Shown: positions 24,940 to 39,239 of the stretch, piece by piece | Numbering within the stretch: the first letter of the stretch is position 1 | Layout of the letters: every line of letters begins with the position of its first letter | The notes under the pieces: generated by a model | Database searches by the model: none | What the model saw: the letters and a program-made list of their open reading frames with translations, nothing else | What the model was told of the DNA's origin: nothing | Made by a program: the position numbers and the translations under genes | From: Lytechinus pictus | Taxonomy: Eukaryota | Assembly (NCBI RefSeq): GCF_037042905.1 | Contig: NC_087250.1 | Coordinates: 27,964,001 to 28,028,000 of the forward strand | Reading direction: 5' to 3' | Length of the DNA: 64,000 bases

Positions 24940-26199
24940 TTAAGATCATGTAGGTCAACTTCTCCTGACATAACGATCTAGCTCCAAATAAGAGCCAAAT
25001 AAGACATCACAAAAATCATCGTTTCATTATTAGATCCTGACTGGGTCTTTAAACCTGAGTGTGAAATTGAATAATGTCTCGAGCATGGGTGCTGATCAGT
25101 GTCTATGTGGTTGATGAGTGTGGCTAAGTGTGAGTGTGTGTGTTGAAGGAGTGTGATGTGTAAAGGTGTGTGCATGTGAGGTTGTGTGTGTGTTAGGGAG
25201 TGTGTAAGGGGGTGACTGACACAAAATATTGTTCTTTGTGAGAAACTGTTTTAGTTGAGAGGGGGAACGGGGATGGGGGGGGGGGGGTCAGATCCGTAAT
25301 GAGAGTAAGTATTTAGGGACCCAGACATGGCGTGAAGGCAACTAAAAAATAAAAGATAATGAGTAAATGTATAAATAAAATAAAGGTAGAGGAATTCATG
25401 CTCTCTTCGGATTGGAATCTTTGATTTAATAGACCTCATCATGGTGGCGACTAACAAAGATTAATGATTAAAATAAATTTTTGATATCCATTATTAGGAA
25501 TCCAGAAGTCTTACTTTCTATATATTCGGAAGCCCCTCTTTCTACAACCTCTGTTTTTTATTGTACATGTATATATAGGTGTGTTCGTGTGTGTGGTGCC
25601 CTTAGAATTGTGTGTGTGTGTAAGTAAAGTTAACGAACAATGAAGCATCAATTGTGTCCCCCTCCACCTTTAAGGAGAGATTTCAGCACCCCCACTGAAA
25701 AAATCGTTTCCAGGGCCCTGCCCTGGTCTGAAATAATGCTTTGAGCGAGACAATTATTCAATCTACGGATGGTCGACGTATGCAGTCTACAGTAGTTTGT
25801 GTTGTGTACATTGTTAAGGATAAAAAGATAAAGATACAGAAAGATAGGTAGGTAGGTAGGAGAGGGAAAAGAGGGATAGTAATAAAAAGCAGGATCTTGA
25901 AAATAAAGAGATTCGAAGAGGGGTTAGGCCAATTGAAAACGATAGGGCTTGATATATTTAAAAGGGTCTAGAATGATTTAAACATTTAAAAGACTTTATA
26001 AAGCTCAGAAAATTGGTGGATTGAATAAATAATTAAAAAAAAGGGAGCTTGAAAGGCTGCAGGAAAAATAAGAATATAGATGTGTTAAGATATGAAAATA
26101 ATCCCCTTCAGCTCTTCTGAACTATTTTCCTAGCGCGCCCATGAAACATAACTTTGTTTTTACCCTTCTACGTTCTAAAACGTCTAGCCCCTGACAAGA

Positions 26200-26272
26200 A
26201 ATTAGGACCAGCGGTGATTGAACTGGCCTAGTTCTTAAGGCCAGCGCTCTACACCTCTTGGCCACCATCTCC
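26200..26272 (-). mobile_element. Degenerate tRNA-like head (SINE remnant or tRNA pseudogene)
   Basis: Minus strand gatggtggccaagaggtgtagagcgctggccttaag...cagttcaatcaccgc has A-box-like and B-box-like motifs, but no full cloverleaf. Confidence 0.3.
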
Positions 26273-26626
26273 ATTAATCTGGCTATCAAAATCTATTGCC
26301 AGTCAACACGAAGCTTATCATAAATGACCATTCCATCCGATATGTGTAATCTATATGCTGAATTTACTACTCTGATCACAAAAAAGCAGGCAAGTAACAT
26401 TATTTTTCTGTGCATTTTTTTATTCAGAACATGTGACAAAATGCAAATAACACTCTACTGTTCTAACAACTGTAATTGTAGTAATGATGCTTCTCATAAA
26501 TGATTTAGCGTTACATATTACCGTACCTATTTACAGTTATTAAGTCCCTATTTTCATTTCATTAAATACCAATTTAATGTATTTGCTACGCCAAGCAAAT
26601 TATTCCACATTTTTAAAGCAGTCTTA

Positions 26627-27067
26627 TACCGTGTTTACACTTAATCGGCATTCGGTTCTGAACCAAATGCCGATGGATTGGATTGCGTTTACACGTTGTT
26701 ACAGCTCGCGGTTCAGAACCGCTAGCCGATGCAAAAACCGAAAATGATACGCATACCTACAATATACGTCATAATAAAGACTACGCTGGATCAGTGCGCT
26801 AACAATTACGTCAAAATGGTAAAGTAAATGAAATGCGCACAAAGTGCCGGTGCAGAATCGGTTTTCTGTTTACACGTAGTAAAAAAGCCGATTCTGCATC
26901 GGCTCGCGGTTCAGAACCTACTACTTTGGTGGTGCAAATTGCCGGTTCTGAACCGCGAGCCGATTCAAGTTACTCACGTTTAAAAGTTGTGAAAAAGCCG
27001 ATGCAGCATCGGCTTGCGATTCAGAACCGCGAGCCGATTCAAATGCCGATTAAGTGTAAACACGGTA
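26627..27067. mobile_element. Palindromic PIF/Harbinger-like MITE
   Basis: TIR taccgtgtttacacttaatcggcatt / aatgccgattaagtgtaaacacggta, TTA/TAA flanks, internal repeated cggttcagaacc. Confidence 0.8.
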
Positions 27068-27071
27068 TAAA

Positions 27072-27776
27072 AGGGGAAGGAAACCTTTGAAATAAACAGG
27101 CTTGTGTCGAAACAGAAAAATTCCTTGAATGCTCGATGCGCCCGATAAGGGTAGCCGTGCTAAAGCCGGGGTAATAGGCAGCGCTTAGAAACATTTGTAT
27201 TAAGCGCTATATAAATGTTCCATATTATTATTATTATTATTATAAGAATCAAAGAAACAGATCAACGAAAGTGTGCGAAAAATTTGACAAACATTGAGAA
27301 AGTTATGAGCATTTGAATATTGCAATCACTAACGCTAGGGAGATCCTCCCATTAGCAATTTGACAAGGATGTGTGATGTCACATGTGAACAACTTCCCCT
27401 TTAATGGACTGTAAAATACCCCCAAATGTCTCGTTTTGCTTTTTCCTAAAGTGGTACAAACTTTTGATCCATGATGTATTCTTTAAAAATCTGTATTACA
27501 ATTCTCTGCTATAGAAAGACATGATCTACTGATAGATGTGATAAAAGGGCAGTTTAAGTGAAATATATATCAGAGTAATGGGGAGGGTTGTTCATAAGTG
27601 ACATCACACACCTTTGTCGCATTGCCAATTTGAGGATCTCCATAGCATTAGTGATCACAATATTCGAATGCTCATAACCTCGATATTTGTCCGATTTTTC
27701 TCAAACTTTTGTTAATCTGTTTCTTTGATTTTTCTGTTTTCACACAAGCTATCTTGTTCTAAAGGTTTCATTCTCT
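27072..27776. mobile_element. Kolobok-type MITE containing a 3' SINE fragment (27121-27243)
   Basis: AGGGGAAGGAAACCTTT ... AAAGGTTTCATTCTCT. The insert resembles the 3' half of the SINE at 43190-43428 and ends in (TAT)n. Confidence 0.7.
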
Positions 27777-28099
27777 ATCAAGTAGAAGCCTATTTTGTTT
27801 CTTTTCTTTTGTAATTTCATGCTGTAGATTTTGTATTTGTCGTTTTTTCTTTAAGAGCAGTGGTTTTCTTGGTAAATATTTTTTTATAATTCCAATAACA
27901 AGAGGCTGGTACCAGTCAAAAAAAAAAAATCAGTTTGTGTAGTTTGTGAAGTGGTGGCAACTTTATTTTACCACTAAGAAAACATTGGTTGTATAGTGAT
28001 TTGCAACCAAAGGTCGGACGAATATATATGTAGTCTCTGAGAAAACCAGATGATGAGCTTTCATACTGTTTGCTTATTATAAATAGTGATTTGTCATTT

Positions 28100-29035
28100 A
28101 TTTTTGGGGGGAGGGGGGAACTGCCCCCATAAATACTACAAGTAAAATCAGATGAATAAAATTATGTTAAATCATACCACATTAATACAACAACTTGATC
28201 TATTATTACATTTATATTTATGATACAAAATAAAATCATTTGTGTGTGTGTGTGTGGGGGGGGGGTTGGTACTATTGCCCCCTTAAGTTCTACTACCAGT
28301 AAAATCACAAGAAATAAGTGATAGTAAATTAAATCTTATTAATACCTTAACTTGATAAATGTACAGAAATTAATCATTAATACTAGATAAAATCAATCAA
28401 TAAATGCATCAGTCAATCATAAAGGCTACCAGTAAAATCAAATGAACAAAATGATATCAAATTAAATAAGTCAATACAACAACGTGATAATGTACAACTA
28501 TATAAATTGATACAAACTTAAATCAATCAACCAATCAATGAATCACTTAGTCAGTCAATCATAATGGTGGGGGGGGGGGCGAAGGGAGTACACCTGCCCC
28601 CCTCAAATACCACTACTAGTAAAATGAAATGAACAAAATGATATCAAATTAAAGAAGTCAATACAATATCATGATAAATGTACACCTATAGAAATTAATA
28701 CAAAAATCAATGAATCACTTCATCAGACAGTCATTCATAATGGAGGGGTTGAAGGGGGTAAAACTGCCCCCTCAAGAAGTACCATAAAAATCAGATTAAC
28801 AAAATAATATCAAATTAAATAAGTCAATACAATAACGTGATAAATGTACACCTCTAGAAATTAATACCAATCAACGAGCCGGTCAATCATAATGGTGGGG
28901 GTGGGGGGGGGGGGGTACTACTGCCCCCACAAGTACAACCTGTAAAATGAGATTAACAAAATAATACCAAATTGATTAGAATCAATATAATATGTACAAC
29001 TATAGAAATTAATACAAAATAAAATTGATCAGTCA
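28100..29035. repeat. Degenerate tandem repeat (~130-180-bp units, ~6 copies)
   Basis: Recurring poly-G..ctgcccc..agtaaaatcagatgaacaaaat..atcaaattaaataagtcaataca..tgataaatgtaca. Confidence 0.75.
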
Positions 29036-29598
29036 AGCAATCGTAAAGCAAGCAGCGAGTCATATTTCATTCAAAATTGTTTGCTGTGGCATATATCAGA
29101 GGATGATACATATAGGTAAATGTTTGATCAAACCTTTACCCTAAAAGGACTGGGCTATTTGAGATGTATTGAGGACGGGGGGGGGGGGGGGAGGGGGATG
29201 GGGCTTCATTGCCCCCTTCTGATAATATTGCACATCCCATAATACAATATCCAACAGACATATATTTAACAAATATTTTCCTCATCAAAAGGTGGATACT
29301 TTACAAAATTAAAGTCGCTATATTTCTGCTAATTTACCAACAAATATAATAAGAATACATGAGTACACTTGAAGTTATTCGTTTATACTGCATGCAACCA
29401 GAAGACTCATTGCATTCTATCCATGATATTGTATATACATGTATAGTATGAGGGTTGTGCTTTAGGAACTATAGCTTAATTAAGTATATTTAAATGAATA
29501 TAATGAAATCAAGTTGAATCAAATCAATAATATAGCAATAGATGACTTAAGAAATTACTACAATATGTATATATATATATATATGCATGTATATATAA

Positions 29599-29643
<45 letters not shown>
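29599..29643. repeat. (ATCA)n microsatellite
   Basis: About 11 perfect tetranucleotide copies. Confidence 0.95.
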
Positions 29644-29646
<3 letters not shown>

Positions 29647-31914
29647 ACGGGCTTTTACTCGGCGTCACAGAAAAGGTCATCGGCATGCTTGAAAAACTCG
29701 CTTGAAATCGTTTTCGCAAATTCCAATGTGGCCGGACGGATGACACCGTTCAAATATACCTGTTAGAGTTAAGGTTTTCAAAAAGTACCTTTGACCGACT
29801 GATTAATTATGGACATGTTAAACTGCACGTGACTGTTTCCTTTCGATCTGGAAAAAAGTGAAAAACATGTAGATCTACATTATGAAAACATTGAATTCGG
29901 ATAATCACTATCTGTATCATTGACGTCTGATAAAAGAATATAGGCTAAGCTCTCTATAAAAAATATAATGATTAAAATGACCTCACGTACCCCCCCCCCC
30001 AAAAAAAAAAGAAATAACCAAAACTTAAAATTCCTGTGTTTAATTGGTCATGTGAATATTGAGCAATAAACCCACTGATATTAAATTCAAATCGGTGTGT
30101 TTCTTAGTATTTTTCGTGTAATATTTTTTCGACGTTCAAAAGGATGAAGCTTTTAGAGGTGTGTGGATCACAACTGGCCCATCTAACGCATTGTACATTC
30201 GACAAACGATTAGAGAAAACGTAATAAAAAGGGACAACAAACACTTGATGATATACCATTATGTGATGCAAAGCTCTCTATAAGCCTATTAATATGTTTT
30301 TAAATATGGCTTGAAATGAAGCATACGAGGTGAAATGAGAAGCAAATCTACGTATTAATTTCATTTCATTCGCAGTTACTCTTAAAACCACAAGATGTAC
30401 TCATCAAAAGAATTATGTATCCATCACGAACATAATAAAGAAAGTATTTCAATGAGTAATCATATCCTTTCTATTCTACCACATTCGTAATTAATATCTA
30501 GTTAAACAACAACTGTTAATAGGTTAGGGAAAATCCCCACCAAACTATTTCTAGCTATACAGAAACACCCAAATACATAAGTTTATTTCTATACATAAAC
30601 ACTGATTCTATAGAAAGCGTTTTTCTTGAGATTTGAGAAAAAAAACAGGAAAACAGATTCATTATATTTTCCCAAAACGAAAAAAACTTGTTGAAAAAGT
30701 ATGTACCTCGAGTGTTTCAATTGTTTCTATCATTTTTTTTATTGGTTTGTATAACACATTGAAATTTACTGTAACTAGTTCTAGTCTGGTGGGGTGGGGG
30801 AGGGAGGGGGGGGGGTATCATCAGGAATGGCGGCAACAGAAGATTTTAATTGTGACACATCCTTATGAAAAATTATTCTACTAGCATAATTGTCTGCAAG
30901 GGAGCTTGGTGGGAAAATGAGGAAAGTTTCTCTTTATCTGACAAAAAAAAATAAAAAATCTGGGGGCGAGGTCAAATTTCCCAGTCCGCACCTCCCCTAT
31001 TGTTGCCTGTGCGAGACAGTTCTTTCTTGCAAAGTAAAGAAAAACGTGTATGGTAGCTAGTTCACTATTTTTTGCATTAATATGATGACAGATTTATCAA
31101 ATCTTCATAATAATACGTGTTTTTGATATGCAGTTATTGTCCACTACTATACATCAGATGAAAAAAAAAAACATACTTTTGATAAAGGAGCAAACCCCCT
31201 TTCCGTTCTCAGCACAATGAGGCAAAAAATTTGGAGGTGTGAGCTTTGAATGCAGACTTGTTTGAAATTTTCGAGGGAGCAAAGTCTGACTAAAAAAAAA
31301 GCACTTGATAAAGCAATGTAGGCAAAGCAGCTAGTTTTCTTAAAATTGTCTAGTCTTGTTGTAAACTTAAAATAAAATATCCAACCACTTTTTTTTTATT
31401 CGTTGACAGACTTCAAAAGTACCATTCTGCTAAATTCATTATCAACGGTCGGAAATAAGTTGACACGATCAGATATAAACAGGAGTAGACGCAAAAAACC
31501 ACAATTGCTGCCCATTCAATTTTCGATAATCATTCCAAAAATGGCATTCATATCGTAGGAATAGAACTTATCAGAAAAAACCCCACCAGGAATCAATCAT
31601 ACTTAAATGAGAATCATATTGGATTATGAAACTTAAGACACTTAAAACGGCATCCATATAGAGGAATAAATATTTTCTAATTTACCACAATCGTGTGTCA
31701 CATTTTTTACATCAGTGTCACTAATTTAATGATATCAATTTATGATACCCTCCCGCAAAAATAAAATGAAACAAAAAATAAAATTAATAAATACAATTAA
31801 AATTAAAATCGTGAAATAAGAAGTAAAAATAAATAAATCAAAATTTCTTGATCTTCGTCAACGACAGCCTTCTCATCGATTTGACGGTCCATGCCTCTAT
31901 CTTATCATCAATTG

Positions 31915-32123
31915 TTAGTCAATCGTCATATCCACTCTGGGGTCATCTACATCTTTGCTCCTCGTGAAGGACCTACTATCAGAACCAGTTCCCAGAGTAC
32001 TCTCTTTGACTCGTGATGATTTTGAAGTTGTTGAAGGTGGCTTGGTGACGTCACCGCACATGAGGACTTTACACAGACTCCAAACCTTCTTATTGACCGT
32101 GAAAGCAAGGAAGATGTACACAC
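31915..32123 (-). CDS. Terminal exon of the 7TM receptor (end of TM7 and cytoplasmic tail)
   Basis: Acceptor ttctcttgagcag|GT in phase 1 joins ...NGLQ-G-VYIFLAFTVNKKVWSL..., the family-B TM7 motif NxLQGxxIF. Ser/Thr-rich tail, stop at 31915. Confidence 0.85.
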
Positions 32124-32504
32124 CTGCTCAAGAGAACCAACAACAAATGAACACGTGTGGAAAACAAACAACAATAATAATAATGGAACGCAGTTCACAT
32201 GTCACGAGAAATACTAACTTATATTTCGCCATAGTCCCGAATGGAACATGAATATTAATAAATCATTACACTTGCGAAGAAGTGTAAAAAAGAGCTCTCA
32301 GTTTGGAAAATGGGTAGTGCAATTACGGTTATAGTAACTAATAAAAATGGCACACAATGACATCCCCTAACGTCCCAATCCGCTCATACAAACGCACACC
32401 ACACATACCCTCACACCCACCCTGACACACACACAGTCAGGCGTGCACGTTCTTTTCCAAATGTTACAATTACCGACACATCTTTTTCAGATCACACAAA
32501 TACA

Positions 32505-32659
32505 CTTTTTATACGCCTGTCCTAGACAGGACGTATTATGGTATCACGCTCGGTGTCCGTCCGTCTATGCGTCTGTCTGTCCGTCTGTTAACTTTTCCTT
32601 GTAAACGCGATATCTTCACTTCAACTTAACCTAGGCTCATATGGTTTGGTGTGTACGAT
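32505..32659 (+). mobile_element. 5' part of a HINE/DINE-1-like element, split by the 20-kb hAT insertion (continues at ~52912-53600)
   Basis: T-run, short hairpin (cctgtcctagacagg), (GTCC/GTCT)n microsatellite, then cttgtaaacgcgata. The same repeat unit with aaaggtcaaggtcac resumes after 52911. Confidence 0.7.
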
Positions 32660-35525
32660 CAGGCGCGGATCCTGTAGTGAGGGGGGAGGGGGGGGGCAAA
32701 TTCGACCTGAATTTGGCGCCCCTGTGTACTTTTCGGAAAAATGGCGGCCCCTCCCTCCCCCAGGCAATCATAAGTGCCTTAAATGCATGTTAAATTATCT
32801 TATTTCATAGGCACATAAAGAAGAAGCAATTGAATAATGGTTTAATAATGATGTATTCATAAATAAATGTAATATCACTTTAAAAAAGAATCAATGCGAG
32901 CACGAAGCGCGAGCGATTTCTATTTTAACCATTTGATGCTTTCAATCTCGTTTAACTAATCATCAGAATAGGCCCTGCTATAATTATGTGAGCGGGAGCC
33001 AAGCACGGATCCAGGATTTCTTCGGGGGCCCTAATTTCAAGTCAAGTAATAATCGTGCCAAAATATTGACTCCCATTGCCGAATGGGTAATGTGTAGTTA
33101 CTTCACACAGAAACCTCTTTTGCATTGTATAGGCATATTCTGGGTACTCCCATGTTTTTTTTCTTTTCTACTTTTTGTTTCAGGGCTTGAAAAATCTTAC
33201 GGGGATGACGCCCCTGTATCGCCGCGTATGAACACTGGTTGTGCAATAACTAAATTGTTTATTCTGCATGAAAGAATATTAATGTTTTATTTTGGGTAAT
33301 ATAATTTCTTGAAAAGATATACATGCTTTTTATTATGGAGTTGAGGTAGACTTAGTAGTCAGCACTCAGCATTTACTAATTAGGAGTGCACTGCCTACTT
33401 AGATATGTAAGTGTTGGGATATATCATATAATATTTTGTTATTCGCTTGAAATCCATTCAAAACAGTGAGTTGTCTTGTCAATCCTATTCAACAAACATT
33501 GGCTCTTCCGCTCTTGCAACAATCATATCAATTATCAAAAGGTTATGTATCTTATAATCTTGCTCAAATTGTATATACTTCAAATAGATTTTCAAAATAA
33601 ACATAATGCGTGTAAATGGTGTAAATAAAACAAATATGAGATACTAAAGATAAATGTGTTGTAAAAATATACTTTATTGGCAATGACTATATAAATATGA
33701 AAACAATGCTCTTAAGTTCGCATCATTTTGGACGATAAGTTCTTATCTCTCTCTTTCATACAATACAAGTGAAACGTGAACTCCAAGTTCCCATGTATCT
33801 TGTATACATCAACTATTTCAAGATTTAACAATAAATGTAAATGATAGCAATGTAGTTTAGGCCTGAGTAAATCCACGTAATAGTTTCAGTGGAATTCGTT
33901 TAAAAAATCACAACGTGATTTCCCACTTAAGGTTGGAAACGAAAAGGTGTCGTGTCATCAACTGTATCTAGCTGTCTTTTACGCATTACTACATGAAACA
34001 AAAATATAGGAACGCTATTAACCATAGAGTTATTTCAGTTACTAGAGTATTCGACGATTTGTAACCAAAAAAAAAAAATGCATCCGAAACTCTCACCATT
34101 ACAATGAAAGTTTCATTTATTCATTTACATATTGCAAGTAAACTTCAACATTTCTGTAAATAATATATATGAATATATCCATACACAATTAAGTTCACAT
34201 GGTGGTATAATGCACATCCTATTTCAGAATATGATATGCGTTGTGGTATGAATGTCTATCCACCTAGAACACGCAAAACGTTTACTAGTAACTAGTGACT
34301 ATACTACTAGACCGATTTTTACTCAAACGGCTTTCCAATAGAGAAATAACAAGAGAACATTCACCTGAGAATAGAAATCCCCATTTGTTCTGATAAATAT
34401 CAAGAGTATCAGTACAAAATGTAAACAGTGTCAGTATAAAATGTAATTTGAAATTAACAGAAATGTCAAAGAAAATCGGTTATTCAATCTGCTCAGATTA
34501 AAGAATAATACTCTCACCACTGCTGAAGTTATATAATTATTGATTGTATACCCCATTCATCGTCCAATTGAAACATATGACCTATAATATGATATTATTT
34601 TCCACTTGTTAACATTATATTTTCCAATCCGTTTGGGATTAGTGTCTTAAGTGTTGCAAGCAATATAAAAACAACAGTTAAAATCAGACGCTTCTCATAC
34701 ATTTGTCAAAGTGCAGAGTGCTTCCCTTCATGCAAGAAGAATTCACAAATCTTTTTCATATTGTGTTTCTTATGGGGTGTTGCAAGAAAGTTACGTTGCA
34801 ATTGATTGCAAATCGACTGCAACTTTGCAGCCGATTCCGATCGACTGCAACTAGCAATCAATCGCCAATTTGCGTTGCAAGAAAAAGGCTTGCGATTGAA
34901 CGCAAGTTGCAGCTGATCTGCAGACGATTTGCAGCTGTAAACAGGGTCTGTAGCATAAGACTAGCCGAAAAGGCAAAATAATGGCTTGCAACAATCCTGT
35001 TTGTGGAAGAGAGTAAGTAGAAAATATTCATTTTTCAGACAATTCTTTCTCCATTATGTATGTTTTTAGAGAATTTATATATTTTAGACCTATGCCAGGG
35101 AAAAAATTATTTTGAAAAAAGTGAAAATAAATCTTTATCGCCGGTCGAAATTTCACCTTCAACAAATTTTCTACCGTACAATTTCAATCCCAGTCCCACA
35201 CTTGACTTTTTGTGTCGGTAATGCACGGTTGTATCAACAACACGGCAGGTCATTGCCGGTGCAGTGCTGTTAAAAATCACCCAGAAGCAAGTAAATGTGT
35301 AGGCTCTAATTATGTATGAAACATCGAAAATGACCTTTAAAGATTATTTTTGTTCCTATTTGAAAGGATTTTTTAAAAGTTATATCGGTTTCAACGGCGA
35401 ATAGGCCTAGCCATCCAGTAAATAGAAATTAAAGACTTCCATTACAGTGACTTACAGTCTAGACATTTCCACAAAAAAAGATTCCTCTCCATTTGTCTCT
35501 CTTTTTTTAAGAGTCTGTCTAACGT

Positions 35526-36135
35526 TACCTCGAGCGAAGTTCGTGCAGGCCCTACTCCACTTCACTACCGCTACACTACGCTCCACCTACCCGAAATTCG
35601 AGACTGAACTCTATCTGATATTCCGAGTGACAAAGGTGGGATTTTATGGGGGGAAAATATAAAATTCATGCAACATCACGACCTTTAAAAACAATTAGGC
35701 CTAATTATTTTTCTACTTACACCAAGTTTCACTTTTCCATGCTTCTATCAGTCTCAAAATTGGTGATTTAGAGCCAACATGAAGTTCCTCACACAAATAA
35801 ATAATTCGCTGCTGTATCGCGCGTGCATGCAATGTTTTGAAATCGGCAGCGAATTATTTATACGTGTGAGGAACTTCATGTTGGCTCTAAATCACCCATT
35901 TTTAGACTGATAGAAGCATGGAAAAGAAGTGAAACTTGGTGTAAAGTAAGAAAATTAAATTCAATTGTTTTTAAAGGTCGTGATGTTGCATGAATTTTAT
36001 ATTTTCCCCCCATAAAATCCCAGCTTTGTCACTCGGAATATCAGATAGAGTTCACGGTCTCGAAGTTCGGGTAGGTGGAGCGTAGTGTAGCGGTAGTGAA
36101 GTGGAGTGGAGCCTGCACGAACTTCGCTCGAGGAA
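35526..36135. mobile_element. 610-bp near-perfect palindromic MITE with 9-bp TSD
   Basis: Arms of ~285 bp (cctcgagcgaagttcgtgcagg... / ...cctgcacgaacttcgctcgagg). Flanks gtctaacgt / gtctaccgt. Confidence 0.85.
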
Positions 36136-36611
36136 GTCTACCGTTAACCTCCCTTTTTATGACTTTCCTTGGCCTGGCCTGGGATAAAGTGAAAATTTTG
36201 CTGTTTCGACTTTTGTCTTTGGAGGATTAAAAAAAAAATTATGTATTATTATTATTTTTTTATTTGGGGGGTGGGGGTTCTCCAGACTCTGTATATCTCG
36301 CCAGACAAGAAAAAGAAACAAAGGTATAGGGGGTCTACATGTATTGGGCTACTTTTCAGAATCTATTGTCCACATCTGCCACATTCTTGGGGAAGTTTTG
36401 ACATTGAATAGGATGTTGCCTGCCCAGGGCTCTTTTTAAATTTCTTACGGGCAGATTGCACAAGAGGTTCTTTGCAAGGACAGTATTTGTGTCGTTGATT
36501 TGTAATGATGTGCCGTATGAGTCACATTTTTAATATCCATCTCATATAAATATAAAAAGATATACATGTAAATACATTTATTTTTTAGATTCAATATGTA
36601 GATCTACTATG

Positions 36612-36979
36612 CCGGGGGGAGGTACTTAGATTTGGTTTGGACAAAGGTGTGCGGCTGTAAGTTCGAAACCCGTACCCATATTACAGGTCATTTTGGCTAA
36701 AAAGGTACCCATTATTAGGGATTCATTACAGGGGCGGATCCAGGATTTCCAAAAGGGGGGGGGGGCACATTTTCGCCTGGAAAAACTTGACAAGCAAAAA
36801 AAAAAAAAGGTTATCGCCCAAAATGTAAGGTCATTTTGTATTTGCACCAAAGACATTGGAGTAGAATATGGACCTATATTTAAGGACATTATCTAAAAAT
36901 TGGGCCATGTTTAGGGATTTCTTAAAAAAAGGCGACCCATTCCCCATATGCCTTATCTCGTGAGTACCCCCCCCCTGGG
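36612..36979. mobile_element. MITE with CC(C)GGGGG termini and 8-bp TSD
   Basis: ccggggggaggtact ... agtacccccccccctggg, TSD CTACTATG (36604-36611, 36980-36987). Contains a CAGGGGCGGATCCAG fragment. Confidence 0.7.
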
Positions 36980-38281
36980 CTACTATGTAGCTGACTCTTG
37001 ATTTTTATGCAAGCACATGAGGTGCTATATAGATGACAGATTTTTTTTTTCACTTTAAATTGTTAAATGGATGATTACAATGCTTTCCCAGGTGCTTTCA
37101 GTTAAAGGGTGTCTCATATGGTGCATCATTATTAATATTGAATGCATAATCATGATTTTTTTTTTTACATCAAGCACAATACTCGGGGGGGGGGGGGGGC
37201 ATATGGTCCCCCTTGACATTTTTCAGAATAAATCTGCCACTCAAAATTTTATTCCCGCACCGCTGACTGACGTTTTACTTTCAAGTCTCACACAACTTTT
37301 GATACTAAATTTGCCATTCCCAGGTACAGGGTCAGGAAATTTTGCAACATTATGTTTGTTTAAGTACATGTCAGACAAAAACATGATTACATGTAAAAAG
37401 TCAATATTCATAACTGGGTAATTTTTTTTTATTGACAATAGTAATTTAATGTCACTGATGAACTTTGTCTTGAAAATAACAATAAAATTTTTTTTTAAGA
37501 AGTTAAGAAAAAATATTTAAAAAAAAACATGAATTGAAAGGAATTTATTTTGATACCAGATTTTTTAAAGTAAAGTTGTTAGGATTGCTCTAGAAAGGAA
37601 TATGTACACCAAAGTTTGGCATTCTATTACGAGCTTTTTTAGTAAATTAAAGCAAAAGGTATGAATTCATAATTTTTTTAATTGCGCCGCCCATGGCTGA
37701 GGAACCATAGTGCCCCTCCCCAGGCCAGAAGTGACTTTAATCAAAACACACTTGGACTACTATAATGATTAACACACTGGCAACTGAGCTTGTATATTAA
37801 TTTCATGAATATGTTTTATCTCTTTGCTTTTTGCTTTTAATTGCTTACTACAGTTATGATGACAAAGAAGTCTGGAATAAACAAGAAACCTCCGAACCAC
37901 CATAACTGTGTCTGCTACAATGTGTGTTCTTGCAACCAGCTGATTGATTCATTTTATCAACTCTCAAATGGTAGGTCACATGTAAACTGTATTATTATTA
38001 ATAATTCACCATGATCGTAATGCGGATGGGGGTGAAATCTGTACACATTAACCCAAGGATAATGCAAAATGAAAAAGGCAAACACAAATCTCTATCTTGA
38101 CTGGACTTCTCAGCAATGAAGACACCCCCATTGATGGGGGGGGGGGGGGGAGGGGGTGGTTGTTGTGCTCATCCAAGGTGTACTGTATGAAATTGTGTAT
38201 TTTGCTTTCATTGATTTAATTTATTGCATATTTTAATTTCCATGATTCATTTATTTGAAGAAAAACAATCAGTTTTCACAC

Positions 38282-39239
38282 TTTTTGTCTCACCTGCATA
38301 GCAGAGTGAGACTATAGGCGCCGCTTTTCCGACGGCGACGGCGGCGGCGGCGTCAACACCAAATCTTAACCTGAGGTTAAGTTTTTGAAATGACAGCATA
38401 ACTTAGAAAGTATATGGACCTAGTTCATGAAACTTGGCCATAAGGTTAATCAAGTATTACTGAACATCCTGCCTGAGTTTCATGTCACATGACCAAGGTC
38501 AAAGGTCATTTAGGGTCAATGAACTTAGACCATGTTGGGGGAATCAACATCAAAATCTTAACCTAAGGTTAAGTTTTTGAAATGTCATCATAACTTAGAA
38601 AATATATGGACCTAGTTCATGAAACTTATACAAAAGGTTAATCAAGTATCACTGAACATCCTGCATGAGTTTCACATCACATGACCAAGGTCAAAGGTCA
38701 TTTAGGGTCAATGAACTTTGGCCGAATCGGGGGTATCTGTTGAATTACCATCATAACTTTGAAAGTTTATGGATCTGATTCATGAAACTTGGACATAATA
38801 GTAATCAAGTATTACTGAACATCCTGTGCAAGTTTCAGGTCACATGATCAAGGTCAAAGGTCATTTAGGGTCAATGAACTTTGGCCAAATTGGGGTATTT
38901 GTTGAATTACAGCCATAAATTTGAAAGTGTGTTGGTCTAGTTCATAAAACTTGGACATAATAGTAATCAAGTATCACTGAACATCCTGTGCGAGTTTCAG
39001 GTCACATGATCAAGGTCAAAGGTCATGTAAGGTCAAAGAACTTTGGCCACGTTGGGGGTATTTGTTGAATTGCCATCATATCTCTATAAGTGTATTGGTC
39101 TAGTTCATAAAACGTGGAAATAAGAGTAACCAAGTATCACTGAACATCTTGTGCGAGTTATAGTAGTTTTCAAAATCAGCACTGCTGCTATATTGAATCG
39201 CGTGATGCAGGTGAGACGGCCAGAGGCATTCCACTTGTT
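38282..39239 (+). mobile_element. Complete HINE (Helentron-associated, DINE-1/Tsp-like) element with internal tandem repeats
   Basis: T-run, subTIR GTCTCACCTGCA, (GGC)n microsatellite, 4-5 units of ~160-190 bp with aggtcaaaggtca, inverse subTIR TGCAGGTGAGAC at 39206-39217, end ...CTTGT|TT. Confidence 0.85.
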
